In this document: positions 11,832 through 21,637 of the stretch, piece by piece
Position numbering within the stretch: position 1 is the stretch's first letter
Layout of the letters: each line of letters opens with the position of its first letter
Assembly: GCA_027023405.1 (NCBI GenBank)
Contig: JALVVN010000024.1
Location: 551 to 64,550, forward strand
DNA from: Campylobacterales bacterium
GTDB taxonomy: Bacteria; Campylobacterota; Campylobacteria; Campylobacterales; QNZT01
Reading direction: 5' to 3'
DNA length: 64,000 nt
Notes under the pieces: generated by a model
Seen by the model: the letters and a program-made list of their open reading frames with translations, nothing else
The model's database searches: none
What the model was told of the DNA's origin: nothing
Made by a program: the position numbers and the translations under genes

Positions 11832-13895
11832 ATGAAAAATATCTCTGTAGCTCTTTCAATGTTAGTATCTTTGTTACTTTATAGTGGATGTGGTAGTGTT
11901 GATAGAAATTTTAATGATGTTAATGAAAATGGCATTACACTTTTAAAAAATGAATCGCTTAATGGGTTAAATCTTTTAAAAACAGAATCGTATCTTAAGC
12001 AAATTCGTTTTACTCGTGATGGAACTATTAAGGTTGATGCTGATCCTAATGATTGGAGTAATATACGCGTTTTAAATGTTTCAAAGAGTGTGACTTTAAA
12101 GTCATATGTTGATCAAGATTTTCTTTATATTCTTATTGATACACCTACAAAACTTCCAGCCAATACTGTATTATTTATCAATAGTGATAATGATTCAAAA
12201 ACAGGCTACAAACCAAAAGAGTGGACAAACAGTGGTTTTGATTATGTTATAGGTACAACGGGAGCTATTTATCGTACAACAACTGGAGATAAATGTTTTG
12301 GTATATCTTATGTAGAACAGTGTGATAATTATAAAAGAAATACCAGAACAATAGAGATAAAAATTAAAAAAGATAAGCTACATCTCAATTCTCAATATGA
12401 TTTAGGTGTGCGTATTTATAGTAAAGATTGGGATAGTTTTAAGTCATTGCCTGATGGTGGTGTTGTTGCCCATGCTGGTCTAACATCACCTCAAATATCA
12501 GAAGATCATATTGCTCCAGTCATCCAACTTAAAGGTGCTAGTGATATTGAGATAGGATTAAATGAGCCCTATTTTGAGTTGGGTGCAATGGCAGTTGATG
12601 ATGTTGATGGTGAAGTTCCTGTTACTCTATCTGGTAGCGTTGATAGTTCTAAAGAGGGTGCATATACTATTACTTATAAAGCAACTGATAGAGCCGGAAA
12701 TAGTTCACTAATCAAAAGAGTTGTGAGTGTCAAAAAGTCCTACTCTATTTCTGGTAGAAAAATCACAATTGATGCTGATGCATCGGATTGGAGTGGTATT
12801 GCACCTATTGCTGTGAGTGAAGATCGTCAATTGCGTGTTTTTACCGATGGGGATTTTATTTATCTTCTATTACAAGATAATAAAGGTCTTGAACCAAACA
12901 GTGTATTCTTACTTAACAGTGATAATCAAATTCAGACTGGCTATCAAACAGATAATTGGAACGAGAGTGGATTTGATTATCTTATAGGAACTTCGGGTAC
13001 GATTTATAAATTTATCGGGAATAGTAGTCGATTTAATATTGCTTATTTTTCTCATGCAGTAGCTTATCAAAAAAGTGCACATACGATTGAATTAAAATTA
13101 AAAAAGAGTGATCTCATTTTAAATGATCTATTAAAGATAGGTGTACAATCCTATGATGGTGATTGGGAAAAAAGAGAATCTTTTCCAGATTCACATCATG
13201 TTATATCCTTTTCATTGCAATCAACTCGCCCTACTTCGCACGCTAATGATAATTCATTGAATACAATTAGAGATATGATTTTACATTCACATCCTCACTA
13301 CTTATGTGTCGGTGACAGTACACGTTCTGAAGATCCGGTTTATGATAACGGTCATATAGTTGAAGAGATTGATCAAACTTTGTCAGAATATGGCGTTACA
13401 GTTATCAATAATGCTGTTACCGGTATGGAGCTTAGAGAGTTCGTCTCAAATTTACGATCGGAATATTCACTTAAACAATTGCTTGATGATATACCAGGTG
13501 ATGGAGAAAATTATATCGTGTCCATTAATTTAGGTTTAAATGACTATGATGGAGATGGAAACAGAGTAAAAAAGCAACAAATTGAAAATGATTTGACTAA
13601 GATTATTGTTGATTTGCTTCATGCTCATCCAAAAGTTCACCCTATTCTAGTGACTCCTAATCATGTTCTTTATGATGACGGATTCATAATGCAGAATTTT
13701 TTTGTAAGTTTATATAAAAAATTAGGAAACAAATATCATATCCCAGTTATCAATGTCGCTGATGGTGCAATGAAAAATGTAGATATGAGCTGGTATAGAA
13801 AGGACAAAAACGGTAAACAAGACTTTACGCATTTAAATCGTAAGGGTCAACATATTGTTGCGAAATATATACTTTCCCAACTCTTGGGAAAGTGA
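11832..13895 (+). CDS. modular lipoprotein: two copies of a beta-sandwich-like repeat, an Ig-like module and a C-terminal SGNH/GDSL hydrolase domain
   Basis: Lipobox LLLYSGC. Internal duplication: DADPNDWSN...FLYILID...FINSDNDSKTGY...SGFDYVIGTTGAIYR versus DADASDWSG...FIYLLLQ...LLNSDNQIQTGY...SGFDYLIGTSGTIYK. The Ig-like segment is APVIQLKGASDIEI...YTITYKATDRAGNSS. SGNH blocks: CVGDSTRSE, NNAVTGMEL, INLGLNDY, DFTHLNRKG. Confidence 0.75.
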   Translation: MKNISVALSMLVSLLLYSGCGSVDRNFNDVNENGITLLKNESLNGLNLLKTESYLKQIRFTRDGTIKVDADPNDWSNIRVLNVSKSVTLKSYVDQDFLYILIDTPTKLPANTVLFINSDNDSKTGYKPKEWTNSGFDYVIGTTGAIYRTTTGDKCFGISYVEQCDNYKRNTRTIEIKIKKDKLHLNSQYDLGVRIYSKDWDSFKSLPDGGVVAHAGLTSPQISEDHIAPVIQLKGASDIEIGLNEPYFELGAMAVDDVDGEVPVTLSGSVDSSKEGAYTITYKATDRAGNSSLIKRVVSVKKSYSISGRKITIDADASDWSGIAPIAVSEDRQLRVFTDGDFIYLLLQDNKGLEPNSVFLLNSDNQIQTGYQTDNWNESGFDYLIGTSGTIYKFIGNSSRFNIAYFSHAVAYQKSAHTIELKLKKSDLILNDLLKIGVQSYDGDWEKRESFPDSHHVISFSLQSTRPTSHANDNSLNTIRDMILHSHPHYLCVGDSTRSEDPVYDNGHIVEEIDQTLSEYGVTVINNAVTGMELREFVSNLRSEYSLKQLLDDIPGDGENYIVSINLGLNDYDGDGNRVKKQQIENDLTKIIVDLLHAHPKVHPILVTPNHVLYDDGFIMQNFFVSLYKKLGNKYHIPVINVADGAMKNVDMSWYRKDKNGKQDFTHLNRKGQHIVAKYILSQLLGK

Positions 13896-14156
13896 TTATT
13901 GATGAGGTAATGCCTCATCAGGTGGAATGATGATTTTTATATTAGGTGTAACATTCACTAAATTACTATCATCATAGTCCAAAGCAAAAATAAACAATCC
14001 AAAGAAGGCTAAGGCTACTAATAGAGCTATGAGTGACTTATAAAAGTATGCATTTGCCCTATTCCTAGCCCGCTTATGTTCGTTAAAAGAATGTAGAACA
14101 TAGTGAGATCGAGAATTGCGGGAGGTATAAATTGTCTTAACTTTTTTAATTGTCAT
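13896..14156 (-). CDS. small single-pass membrane protein (hypothetical)
   Basis: 86 aa with a basic N-terminus and one TM segment (LIALLVALAFFGLFIFAL). AAGGAG lies upstream of ATG 14156. Convergent with the upstream lipoprotein gene. Confidence 0.45.
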   Translation of the reverse strand: MTIKKVKTIYTSRNSRSHYVLHSFNEHKRARNRANAYFYKSLIALLVALAFFGLFIFALDYDDSNLVNVTPNIKIIIPPDEALPHQ

Positions 14157-14385
14157 GATTTTTCAACACTCCTTTCTTGATCCGCTTGAATTGTATTATA
14201 AAAAAAATTTCGACCCTCTTTTAAAATCATATCAATATGAATAAAAAAGTTAATTTTAATAATTTCATTTATCTGATTAAAAACTAAAAATACTGAATTT
14301 ATTCTTTTTCATCCCATCTATGTTATGATTTCTACCAAATAGGGCATAATCAAATCCCTATAACTCTTATTGAGAAAGGTTGAAT

Positions 14386-15150
14386 ATGCAAGAGCATTTT
14401 GCCAAGCGGATTATTCCTTGTTTAGATGTAGATAATGGTCGTGTTGTAAAGGGCATAAATTTTGTCGGACTTCGGGATGCAGGTGATCCTGTGGAAGTAG
14501 CAAAACGATACAATGAAGAGGGTGCGGATGAGCTTACTTTTCTTGATATTACAGCGACGCATGAGGGTAGGGGTACGATAGTTGACATTGTCGAAAAAGT
14601 GGCTAAGGAAGTATTTATTCCTTTGACAGTTGGTGGTGGTATTCGTGAATTGGATGATATTTACAATCTTTTGGATGTCGGTTGTGATAAGGTGAGTATC
14701 AATTCAGCCGCGGTGAGAAATCCTGATTTTATCAATGAGAGTGCAAAACGCTTTGGTAGTCAGTGTATTGTTGTTGCGATTGATGCGAAGAGAGTTGGTG
14801 AAAGTTGGCACATCTTTCTTAACGGCGGACGAAAAGATACCGGTATAGATGTACTGGAATGGGCAAAAGAGGCATATGATAGAGGTGCAGGGGAAATACT
14901 TTTGACATCGATGGATGCAGACGGTACGAAAGCAGGGTTTGATAATCGATTAAATAAAATTATCAGTGATGCGATTGATATACCAGTCATTGCAAGTGGA
15001 GGCGCAGGTACAAAAGAACACATTTTAGAAGCATTTACAGAGGGTCATGCTGATGCTGCTCTAGCTGCTTCAATTTTTCATTTCAAAGAGATTGAGATTC
15101 TTGATTTAAAAGAGTATTTGCATGATAATCATATTGCGGTTCGAATATAG
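14386..15150 (+). CDS. hisF: imidazole glycerol phosphate synthase cyclase subunit HisF
   Basis: [34 protein letters not shown], and SGGAG motifs. I prefer ATG 14386, which is 6 nt after GAGAAAGG, over the track's TTG 14380. Confidence 0.95.
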   Translation: MQEHFAKRIIPCLDVDNGRVVKGINFVGLRDAGDPVEVAKRYNEEGADELTFLDITATHEGRGTIVDIVEKVAKEVFIPLTVGGGIRELDDIYNLLDVGCDKVSINSAAVRNPDFINESAKRFGSQCIVVAIDAKRVGESWHIFLNGGRKDTGIDVLEWAKEAYDRGAGEILLTSMDADGTKAGFDNRLNKIISDAIDIPVIASGGAGTKEHILEAFTEGHADAALAASIFHFKEIEILDLKEYLHDNHIAVRI

Positions 15151-15666
15151 ATGATAGTTTGTGCGGGAGATATTGAGAGTTTTGATTTTGCCAATTCTGT
15201 AGGAATAGGGTTAATTGATCCGGCAATCCATTTGACTAAATTTCTGTTGTCCATGAATCCTAAAGAGATTCTCTTTGTCGGCACTGCCGGAAGTTATGGA
15301 AATTATCAAATATTTGATTTTGTCGAGACCTCTAATGCCACACAAATCGAGTCGAGTTGCATGAAAAATCAATCATATTCACCAATAGAATTTAAGATTG
15401 TTTCATGTGAAACAATGCCAATTGTAAACTCGAGTAACTATATTACGACGGATGCAGAGATAGCAAAAAGATATTTAGAACTGGGAATTGAACTTGAAAA
15501 TATGGAATTTTTCTCTATACTGTCAGTAGCAAAATCGTTTGGAATCAAAGCACGAGGTCTCTTTGTTATTACAAATTACACCGATAAAAATGCACACAGA
15601 GATTTTATAAAAAATCACCAAAAAGCTAAAGAAATATTAATCGATGCAGTGAAAGGGAAAAAATGA
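15151..15666 (+). CDS. nucleoside phosphorylase (PNP/UDP-1) superfamily-like protein, function unclear
   Basis: 171 aa. [18 protein letters not shown] and LENMEFFSI resemble MTA/SAH-nucleosidase or futalosine-hydrolase type motifs, but the protein is shorter than those enzymes. Confidence 0.45.
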   Translation: MIVCAGDIESFDFANSVGIGLIDPAIHLTKFLLSMNPKEILFVGTAGSYGNYQIFDFVETSNATQIESSCMKNQSYSPIEFKIVSCETMPIVNSSNYITTDAEIAKRYLELGIELENMEFFSILSVAKSFGIKARGLFVITNYTDKNAHRDFIKNHQKAKEILIDAVKGKK

Positions 15667-16736
15667 AAAAATCAATCCTAGATTTTAGACTTGATGAATT
15701 GACACAAATCGTAGAGCCAAAATTTAGAGCCAAGCAGATATATCAATGGATTTATCAAAAATATGTAGAGAACTTTGATGAGATGAAAAATATTCCGAAA
15801 TCATTACGAGAAGAATTAGAACAGAAATATCTATTGTATCCTATCAAAATTATCAATATAGAAGTCAGTAAAGATGGTAGTAAAAAATACCTATTCCAGA
15901 CAGAAGATGGTTACACTATGGAAACAGTATTAATTCCTATGAAAGAGCAAGTTGAAGATGATGATGGAAAGATAGTAAAAGAATCTAAATATACAATTTG
16001 TGTTTCATCGCAAGTAGGATGCAAGATAGGATGTGCATTTTGTTTGACAGCAAAAGGGGGATTTCAACGAGATTTAACACCTGGTGAAATTGTTGCACAA
16101 GTTCTTCTACTCAAAAAAGAGAATAATATTTCTGCAAATAGACGAGTGAATATTGTCTATATGGGTATGGGAGAACCATTGGATAATCTCGATAATGTAG
16201 TACAAGCAATCAAAATCTTTAATGAACAAGATGGATTAAGTATAGGAATGCGCCGACAAACGATCTCTACATCAGGACTTAGTACACAGATAAAACGCTT
16301 GGGTAAAATGAATCTTGGAGTACTTTTAGCAATCTCATTACATGCGGTAGATGATCAGCTTAGAGAAACACTTATGCCGATTAATAAAGCATATAATATT
16401 GAGTCAGTTATTGATGCGGTTAAAGCATTTCCAATCGATCAAAGAAAAAGAGTGATGTTTGAGTACCTTGTAATGAAAAATCTTAATGATGACATAACAA
16501 GTGCTAAAAAGCTTGTTAAATTGCTTCATGGTATCAAAGCGAAGGTTAATCTCATCTACTTTAATCCCTATCCTAACTCACCATTTCAACGACCTTTAGA
16601 TGAGGATATGGAACGATTTAAACAATATCTAAACGAACACGGAGTAATATGCACTATTAGACAATCAAAGGGTTTAGATATATCCGCTGCTTGTGGACAG
16701 TTAAAGGAGAAAAAACTGAATGAGTTTAGTAGATGA
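15663..16736 (+). CDS. rlmN: 23S rRNA/tRNA adenine-C2 methyltransferase RlmN (radical SAM)
   Basis: 357 aa: N-terminal [11 protein letters not shown], radical-SAM cluster [15 protein letters not shown], and C-terminal ISAACGQL. Confidence 0.93.
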   Translation: MKKSILDFRLDELTQIVEPKFRAKQIYQWIYQKYVENFDEMKNIPKSLREELEQKYLLYPIKIINIEVSKDGSKKYLFQTEDGYTMETVLIPMKEQVEDDDGKIVKESKYTICVSSQVGCKIGCAFCLTAKGGFQRDLTPGEIVAQVLLLKKENNISANRRVNIVYMGMGEPLDNLDNVVQAIKIFNEQDGLSIGMRRQTISTSGLSTQIKRLGKMNLGVLLAISLHAVDDQLRETLMPINKAYNIESVIDAVKAFPIDQRKRVMFEYLVMKNLNDDITSAKKLVKLLHGIKAKVNLIYFNPYPNSPFQRPLDEDMERFKQYLNEHGVICTIRQSKGLDISAACGQLKEKKLNEFSR

Positions 16737-16822
16737 TAGTTTAGTGATAATTGTATTAAGTGTATTTGTTATTGGAGTTGGGGCTTTCATTAAAGTTGCG
16801 ATCATCGATGAAAAAAAAGAGA

Positions 16823-17710
16823 CTAAAAAATAAGTTTAGAGCTTAATTTATAGTTGTTTTTATAAAAAAATTCAACTGATTGTGCTTGTAACATCAACCG
16901 ATAGGCGCCGGTAACTTTTATTCTCTCTCTAGGATTTAATCTTCCATTTAAATATGCATCGGCAATTTTAGTATCAACCCCATAAATCGGATCTCCGACT
17001 ATCGGATGTCCGATATGATTGAGATGTACTCTGATCTGATGTTGCCTTCCGGTAAGAGGTTTTGCCTCAATGAGAGTGATATCCTTTTGAGAATCATAAG
17101 AGAGTGGTTTGATCTTCGTTTGGGATGGTTTACCCATCGGATCGATAATGACCTTTAATTTGATAGAATCAAATTGACGATTTTTAAGAATCGGTGCATC
17201 TATATTTAAACAAGAATTAACATTACCTCGTACATAGGCACGATAAGTTTTTTTAACTTCTCTTCGTTCAAAGAGCCTTTTTATTTCCCGTTCAACGGCT
17301 TTGTACTTACTGACAATAACAAGACCGCTTGTCTCTCTATCGATTCGATGTGTAATATTTGCATCGCTTCCATAACGATATTTTATCTCATGAGTCAAAG
17401 AATAGGGTGTTTGACGATTTGTAGGGTGAATAACCAATCCACTAGGTTTGTCATAAAGTGCAAACTCCCTAGTTTCAAATATCGGCAAGAGATTTTGCGT
17501 ATGAGGTTCAAAGAGAACTACTTCAATCTCACCGATAATTTCCATAGATTTTTTGGTTAATACCTCTCCTCTATATATGACGCGTTGACGATCAATTAGT
17601 CGCTGAGCCTCTTTCATAGAAATTGAAAGTTGATTCATGAGAAAGACAAAAGCTTTTGTTTTTCTTTCGACATGAAACTTATTTTTTTTATATGACAAAT
17701 TTAAATCCAA
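16823..17710 (-). CDS. RluA-family pseudouridine synthase
   Basis: 295 aa with the catalytic HRIDRETSGLVIV motif and GRQHQIRVHL. TTG start at 17710; an internal ATG (MNQLSIS...) is an alternative start. Confidence 0.85.
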   Translation of the reverse strand: MDLNLSYKKNKFHVERKTKAFVFLMNQLSISMKEAQRLIDRQRVIYRGEVLTKKSMEIIGEIEVVLFEPHTQNLLPIFETREFALYDKPSGLVIHPTNRQTPYSLTHEIKYRYGSDANITHRIDRETSGLVIVSKYKAVEREIKRLFERREVKKTYRAYVRGNVNSCLNIDAPILKNRQFDSIKLKVIIDPMGKPSQTKIKPLSYDSQKDITLIEAKPLTGRQHQIRVHLNHIGHPIVGDPIYGVDTKIADAYLNGRLNPRERIKVTGAYRLMLQAQSVEFFYKNNYKLSSKLIF

Positions 17711-17765
17711 TGTTAATATTTTTGAATCAAGAGCGTGATAAAATCTAAACTATTAGATAGTTATC

Positions 17766-17803
17766 AGTTAAGGGCACTTCTAATAAGGTAGATGCCCTTA
17801 ACT
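17766..17803 (+). promoter_or_regulatory. perfect 11 bp inverted repeat (hairpin or operator) in the divergent rluA-like/purB intergenic region
   Basis: AGTTAAGGGCA at 17766-17776 and TGCCCTTAACT at 17793-17803, with a 16 nt spacer. It sits between an extended -10-like TGATAAAAT (17737-17745) and TGGTTAGAAT (17808-17817). Confidence 0.35.
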
Positions 17804-17848
17804 TATGCTGGTTAGAATCATACCAAAATTCATAAAGGTTTCAAAACT

Positions 17849-19177
17849 ATGGTTGAACGATATGCGCGTCCGCAGATGGCAGAAAAATGGACCACACAAG
17901 CAAAATATGACGCTTGGTTGAAAGTAGAAAAAGCTGCTGTAAAAGCGTGGAGTGAGCTTGGGTTAGTACCAAGAGAGGATTGTGAAAAGATTCTAAAAAA
18001 CGCTTCATTCGAAATCGAGAGGATTGATGAGATTGAGCAAAAGACAAAACATGATCTTATTGCTTTTTTGACATCTGTTTCTGAGAGTCTAGGAGATGAG
18101 AGTCGTTGGATGCACTATGGAATGACGAGTTCTGACTGTATCGATACGGCGGTTGCACTTCAAATGAAAGAGAGTTTGGAACTTATCATTGAAGATGTGA
18201 AAGCATTGATGGAAGCACTTAAGAGGAGGGCTATCGAGCACAAAATGACTTTGATGGTCGGTCGTAGTCATGGTATTCACGGCGAGCCTATTACTTTTGG
18301 TTTAGTGCTTGCTATTTGGTATGATGAGATAAAAAGAAGTCTCAAAAATCTGCAACAGTCTTTGGAAATGATCTCAGTTGGACAAATTTCAGGTGCGATG
18401 GGAAATTTTGCACATGCTCCACTAGAACTTGAAGAACTTGTTTGTAAAGAGCTTGATCTAACACCAGCTCCAGTTTCAAATCAAGTAATTCAAAGAGATC
18501 GCTATGCTAACTTGATGAATGCATTGGCACTCCTTGCTTCAAGTTGCGAAAAGATAGCTGTGGCAATTCGGCACTACCAACGAACAGAAGTTTATGAAGC
18601 AGAGGAGTTTTTCTCCGAGGGGCAAAAAGGTAGTTCAGCAATGCCACATAAGCGAAATCCGGTACTGAGTGAAAATGTTACAGGTCTTTGTAGAGTGATT
18701 CGAAGTTATGCAAACCCAGCAATGGAAAATGTCGCACTATGGCATGAAAGAGATATTTCACATTCGAGTGTTGAGCGGTTTATTTTGCCAGATGGATTTA
18801 TCACAACAGATTTTATGCTCAATCGTTTGACCGGCTTGATCGATAAATTAGTCGTTTATCCGGAAAATATGATGAACAATCTCAACCTAACTGGTGGATT
18901 GGTCTTTTCTCAACGGGTTTTATTAGAGCTTCCACTCAAAGGTGTTTCACGTGAAAACTCTTATAAGATTGTACAGAGAAATGCGATGCGAGTGTGGAAA
19001 GATCTACAAAAAGGAAAATCAGCTCTCAATGAAAAAGGGGAGAGTCTTTTCTTGCAATACCTCTTAGAGGATGAAGCGTTGAGAGAAGAGATGAGTGAAG
19101 ATGAGATTAGAGCATGTTTTGATTATAGCTATTATACGAAAAATGTAGATAAAATTTTTAAAAGGGTTTTTGAATAA
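17849..19177 (+). CDS. purB: adenylosuccinate lyase
   Basis: 442 aa: MVERYARPQMAEKW, the SSAMPHKRNP signature loop, and fumarate-lyase family motifs. Confidence 0.96.
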   Translation: MVERYARPQMAEKWTTQAKYDAWLKVEKAAVKAWSELGLVPREDCEKILKNASFEIERIDEIEQKTKHDLIAFLTSVSESLGDESRWMHYGMTSSDCIDTAVALQMKESLELIIEDVKALMEALKRRAIEHKMTLMVGRSHGIHGEPITFGLVLAIWYDEIKRSLKNLQQSLEMISVGQISGAMGNFAHAPLELEELVCKELDLTPAPVSNQVIQRDRYANLMNALALLASSCEKIAVAIRHYQRTEVYEAEEFFSEGQKGSSAMPHKRNPVLSENVTGLCRVIRSYANPAMENVALWHERDISHSSVERFILPDGFITTDFMLNRLTGLIDKLVVYPENMMNNLNLTGGLVFSQRVLLELPLKGVSRENSYKIVQRNAMRVWKDLQKGKSALNEKGESLFLQYLLEDEALREEMSEDEIRACFDYSYYTKNVDKIFKRVFE

Positions 19178-21555
19178 TGACAAGCCAAATGATAACAGTT
19201 ATAAAAAGAAACGGAAGAATTGAACCATTAGATATTACAAAGATCCAAAAATATACATGCGAAGCGGTAGAAGGCTTGGAAAATGTCAGCCAAAGTGAAC
19301 TTGAATTGGATGCACATATTCAGTTTCGCGATAAAATTTCGACTGAAGAGATACAACTAACTCTCATCAAAACCGCTGTTGATAAAATAGATGTTGATAG
19401 ACCTGATTGGACTTTTGTTGCAGCAAGACTTTTTTTGTATGATCTCTATCATAAAGTGAGTCGATTTACTGGATATGGCACATTGGCTGAATATTTTGAA
19501 CGAGGAGAAAAAGAGGGACGGATTGTAACCGGCTTGAAAGAAAAATATGATCTCGAAGATCTCGATAACTATATACGACCGGAACGGGATCTACAATTTA
19601 CTTATCTAGGTGTGAGAACGCTCTACGATCGCTATCTTCTTAAAGATCGAGAGAACAATCCTATTGAATTGCCACAACATATGTTTATGGCAATAGCGAT
19701 GTTTTTAGCACAAAATGAGTTCAATAGACAAGATTGGGCAAAGAGATTTTATGATCTTATCTCAAAATTTGAGGTGATGCTTGCAACGCCTACTCTCTCT
19801 AATGCTAGAACACCAAGACATCAATTAAGCTCCTGTTATGTCGGTAGTACACCTGACAATATAGAAGGAATTTTTGACGGCTATAAAGAGATGGCATTGC
19901 TAAGTAAATTCGGTGGCGGTATCGGCTGGGATTGGTCACGAGTGCGTGGTATCGGAAGTTCTATTGATGGGCATAAAAATGCCGCAGGCGGTATTGTACC
20001 CTTTTTGAAGATTACCAATGATATTGCGATAGCAGTGGATCAGCTTGGTACGAGAAAAGGTGCGATCGCAGTCTACCTTGAGCCATGGCATATCGATGTT
20101 GTTGATTTTCTTGATTTGAAGAAAAACTCCGGTGAAGAGAGGAGACGCGCACACGATCTCTTCCCTGCTCTTTGGATCAATGATCTTTTTATGCAGCGTG
20201 TGAGTGAAGATGCAATGTGGACACTCTTTGATCCGCTTGATACACCTGATTTGACTGAAGTGTATGGTGAAGAGTTTGAAAAACGCTACATGGCGTATGA
20301 GCAGGATGAAAGTATCACCAAAGAGGTCGTCTCTGCTAAAGAGCTATGGAAAAAAGTACTATTGAGTTATTTTGAGACGGGCAATCCATTCTTATGCTTT
20401 AAAGATAGTGCCAATAGAGCCAATCCAAATAGCCACGACGGCATTATCCGTAGCTCTAATCTTTGTACAGAAATTTTTCAAAATACAGAGCCTAACTACT
20501 ATAAGATAAAAGTCTCATTTGTAGATGGTACAACACGCTTTTATGATGAAGAAGAGGATGTAAATGTCGATAGCGGAATTACAAAAAAAGCGAAAAAGAT
20601 TACTGCGCTTGATACAATTGATGACAAAGAGATCTATATCGTTGAAAAAGAGAAGCAAGATGGCAAAACCGCTGTTTGTAATCTTGCCAGTATCAATCTA
20701 TCGAGAGTACACACAAAAGAGGATATCGAACGCATTATGCCAGTGGCGATTCGAATGCTTGACAATGTGATCGATCTCAACTTTTATCCTCTCTCAAAAG
20801 TCAAAGGTACCAACCTTCAAACTCGTGCAATCGGTTTGGGTGTAATGGGTGAAGCACAAATGTTGGCAGAGCAAAAGATCGAATGGGGAAGCAGTGAACA
20901 TTTTTACAAAATAGATGAGATTATGGAAGCTGTGAGCTACAATGCAATCCAAGCATCTTCAAATTTAGCGATTGAAAAAGGTAAATATGAGAAATTTGAA
21001 GGATCGAATTGGAGTAAAGGTATCTTTCCAATCGATGTTGCGAATGAAGAGGCGAAAAAACTTGTTGATAGGGGTGGATTGTTCGGGTATACATATGACT
21101 GGGAGAAGTTGCGTCAAAAAGTGAAAAAAGATGGTATGAGAAACGGCTATTTGATGGCAATTGCACCGACAAGCTCTATCTCTATTTTAGTAGGAACAAC
21201 CCAAGCTATCGAACCGGTTTATAAAAGAAAATGGTTTGAAGAAAACTTGAGCGGATTAATTCCAGTCGTCGCACCTAAACTCAATGCCGATACTTGGCAG
21301 TACTATACACCATCATATGATCTTGACCAAAATCTCTTAATCAAGGCAGCTGCAATTCGACAAAAATGGATTGATCAAGGACAGAGTCTCAATATCTTTA
21401 TGACACTTGACAGAGCAAGTGGTAAAGCACTTAATGAGATTTATATGAACGCATGGAAATTAGGTGTGAAATCGACTTACTATCTTAGAAGCCAATCACC
21501 TGAAGAGAAGGGTGATGTTGCAGATCGTTCATTTGAATGCTTAAGCTGTCAATAA
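19177..21555 (+). CDS. nrdA: ribonucleoside-diphosphate reductase alpha subunit (class I)
   Basis: 792 aa: N-terminal ATP-cone (VIKRNGRIEPLDITKI), active-site SNLCTEI, and a C-terminal CxxC tail (ECLSCQ). The start overlaps the purB stop (TAATG). Confidence 0.96.
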   Translation: MTSQMITVIKRNGRIEPLDITKIQKYTCEAVEGLENVSQSELELDAHIQFRDKISTEEIQLTLIKTAVDKIDVDRPDWTFVAARLFLYDLYHKVSRFTGYGTLAEYFERGEKEGRIVTGLKEKYDLEDLDNYIRPERDLQFTYLGVRTLYDRYLLKDRENNPIELPQHMFMAIAMFLAQNEFNRQDWAKRFYDLISKFEVMLATPTLSNARTPRHQLSSCYVGSTPDNIEGIFDGYKEMALLSKFGGGIGWDWSRVRGIGSSIDGHKNAAGGIVPFLKITNDIAIAVDQLGTRKGAIAVYLEPWHIDVVDFLDLKKNSGEERRRAHDLFPALWINDLFMQRVSEDAMWTLFDPLDTPDLTEVYGEEFEKRYMAYEQDESITKEVVSAKELWKKVLLSYFETGNPFLCFKDSANRANPNSHDGIIRSSNLCTEIFQNTEPNYYKIKVSFVDGTTRFYDEEEDVNVDSGITKKAKKITALDTIDDKEIYIVEKEKQDGKTAVCNLASINLSRVHTKEDIERIMPVAIRMLDNVIDLNFYPLSKVKGTNLQTRAIGLGVMGEAQMLAEQKIEWGSSEHFYKIDEIMEAVSYNAIQASSNLAIEKGKYEKFEGSNWSKGIFPIDVANEEAKKLVDRGGLFGYTYDWEKLRQKVKKDGMRNGYLMAIAPTSSISILVGTTQAIEPVYKRKWFEENLSGLIPVVAPKLNADTWQYYTPSYDLDQNLLIKAAAIRQKWIDQGQSLNIFMTLDRASGKALNEIYMNAWKLGVKSTYYLRSQSPEEKGDVADRSFECLSCQ

Positions 21556-21637
21556 AAGCAGATCTCTAATTTTTTTCTCTCTATGCTCCTTAAACTTTGA
21601 TTAGATACAATCAATTCAATTAGTAAAAGGAGCAAAG

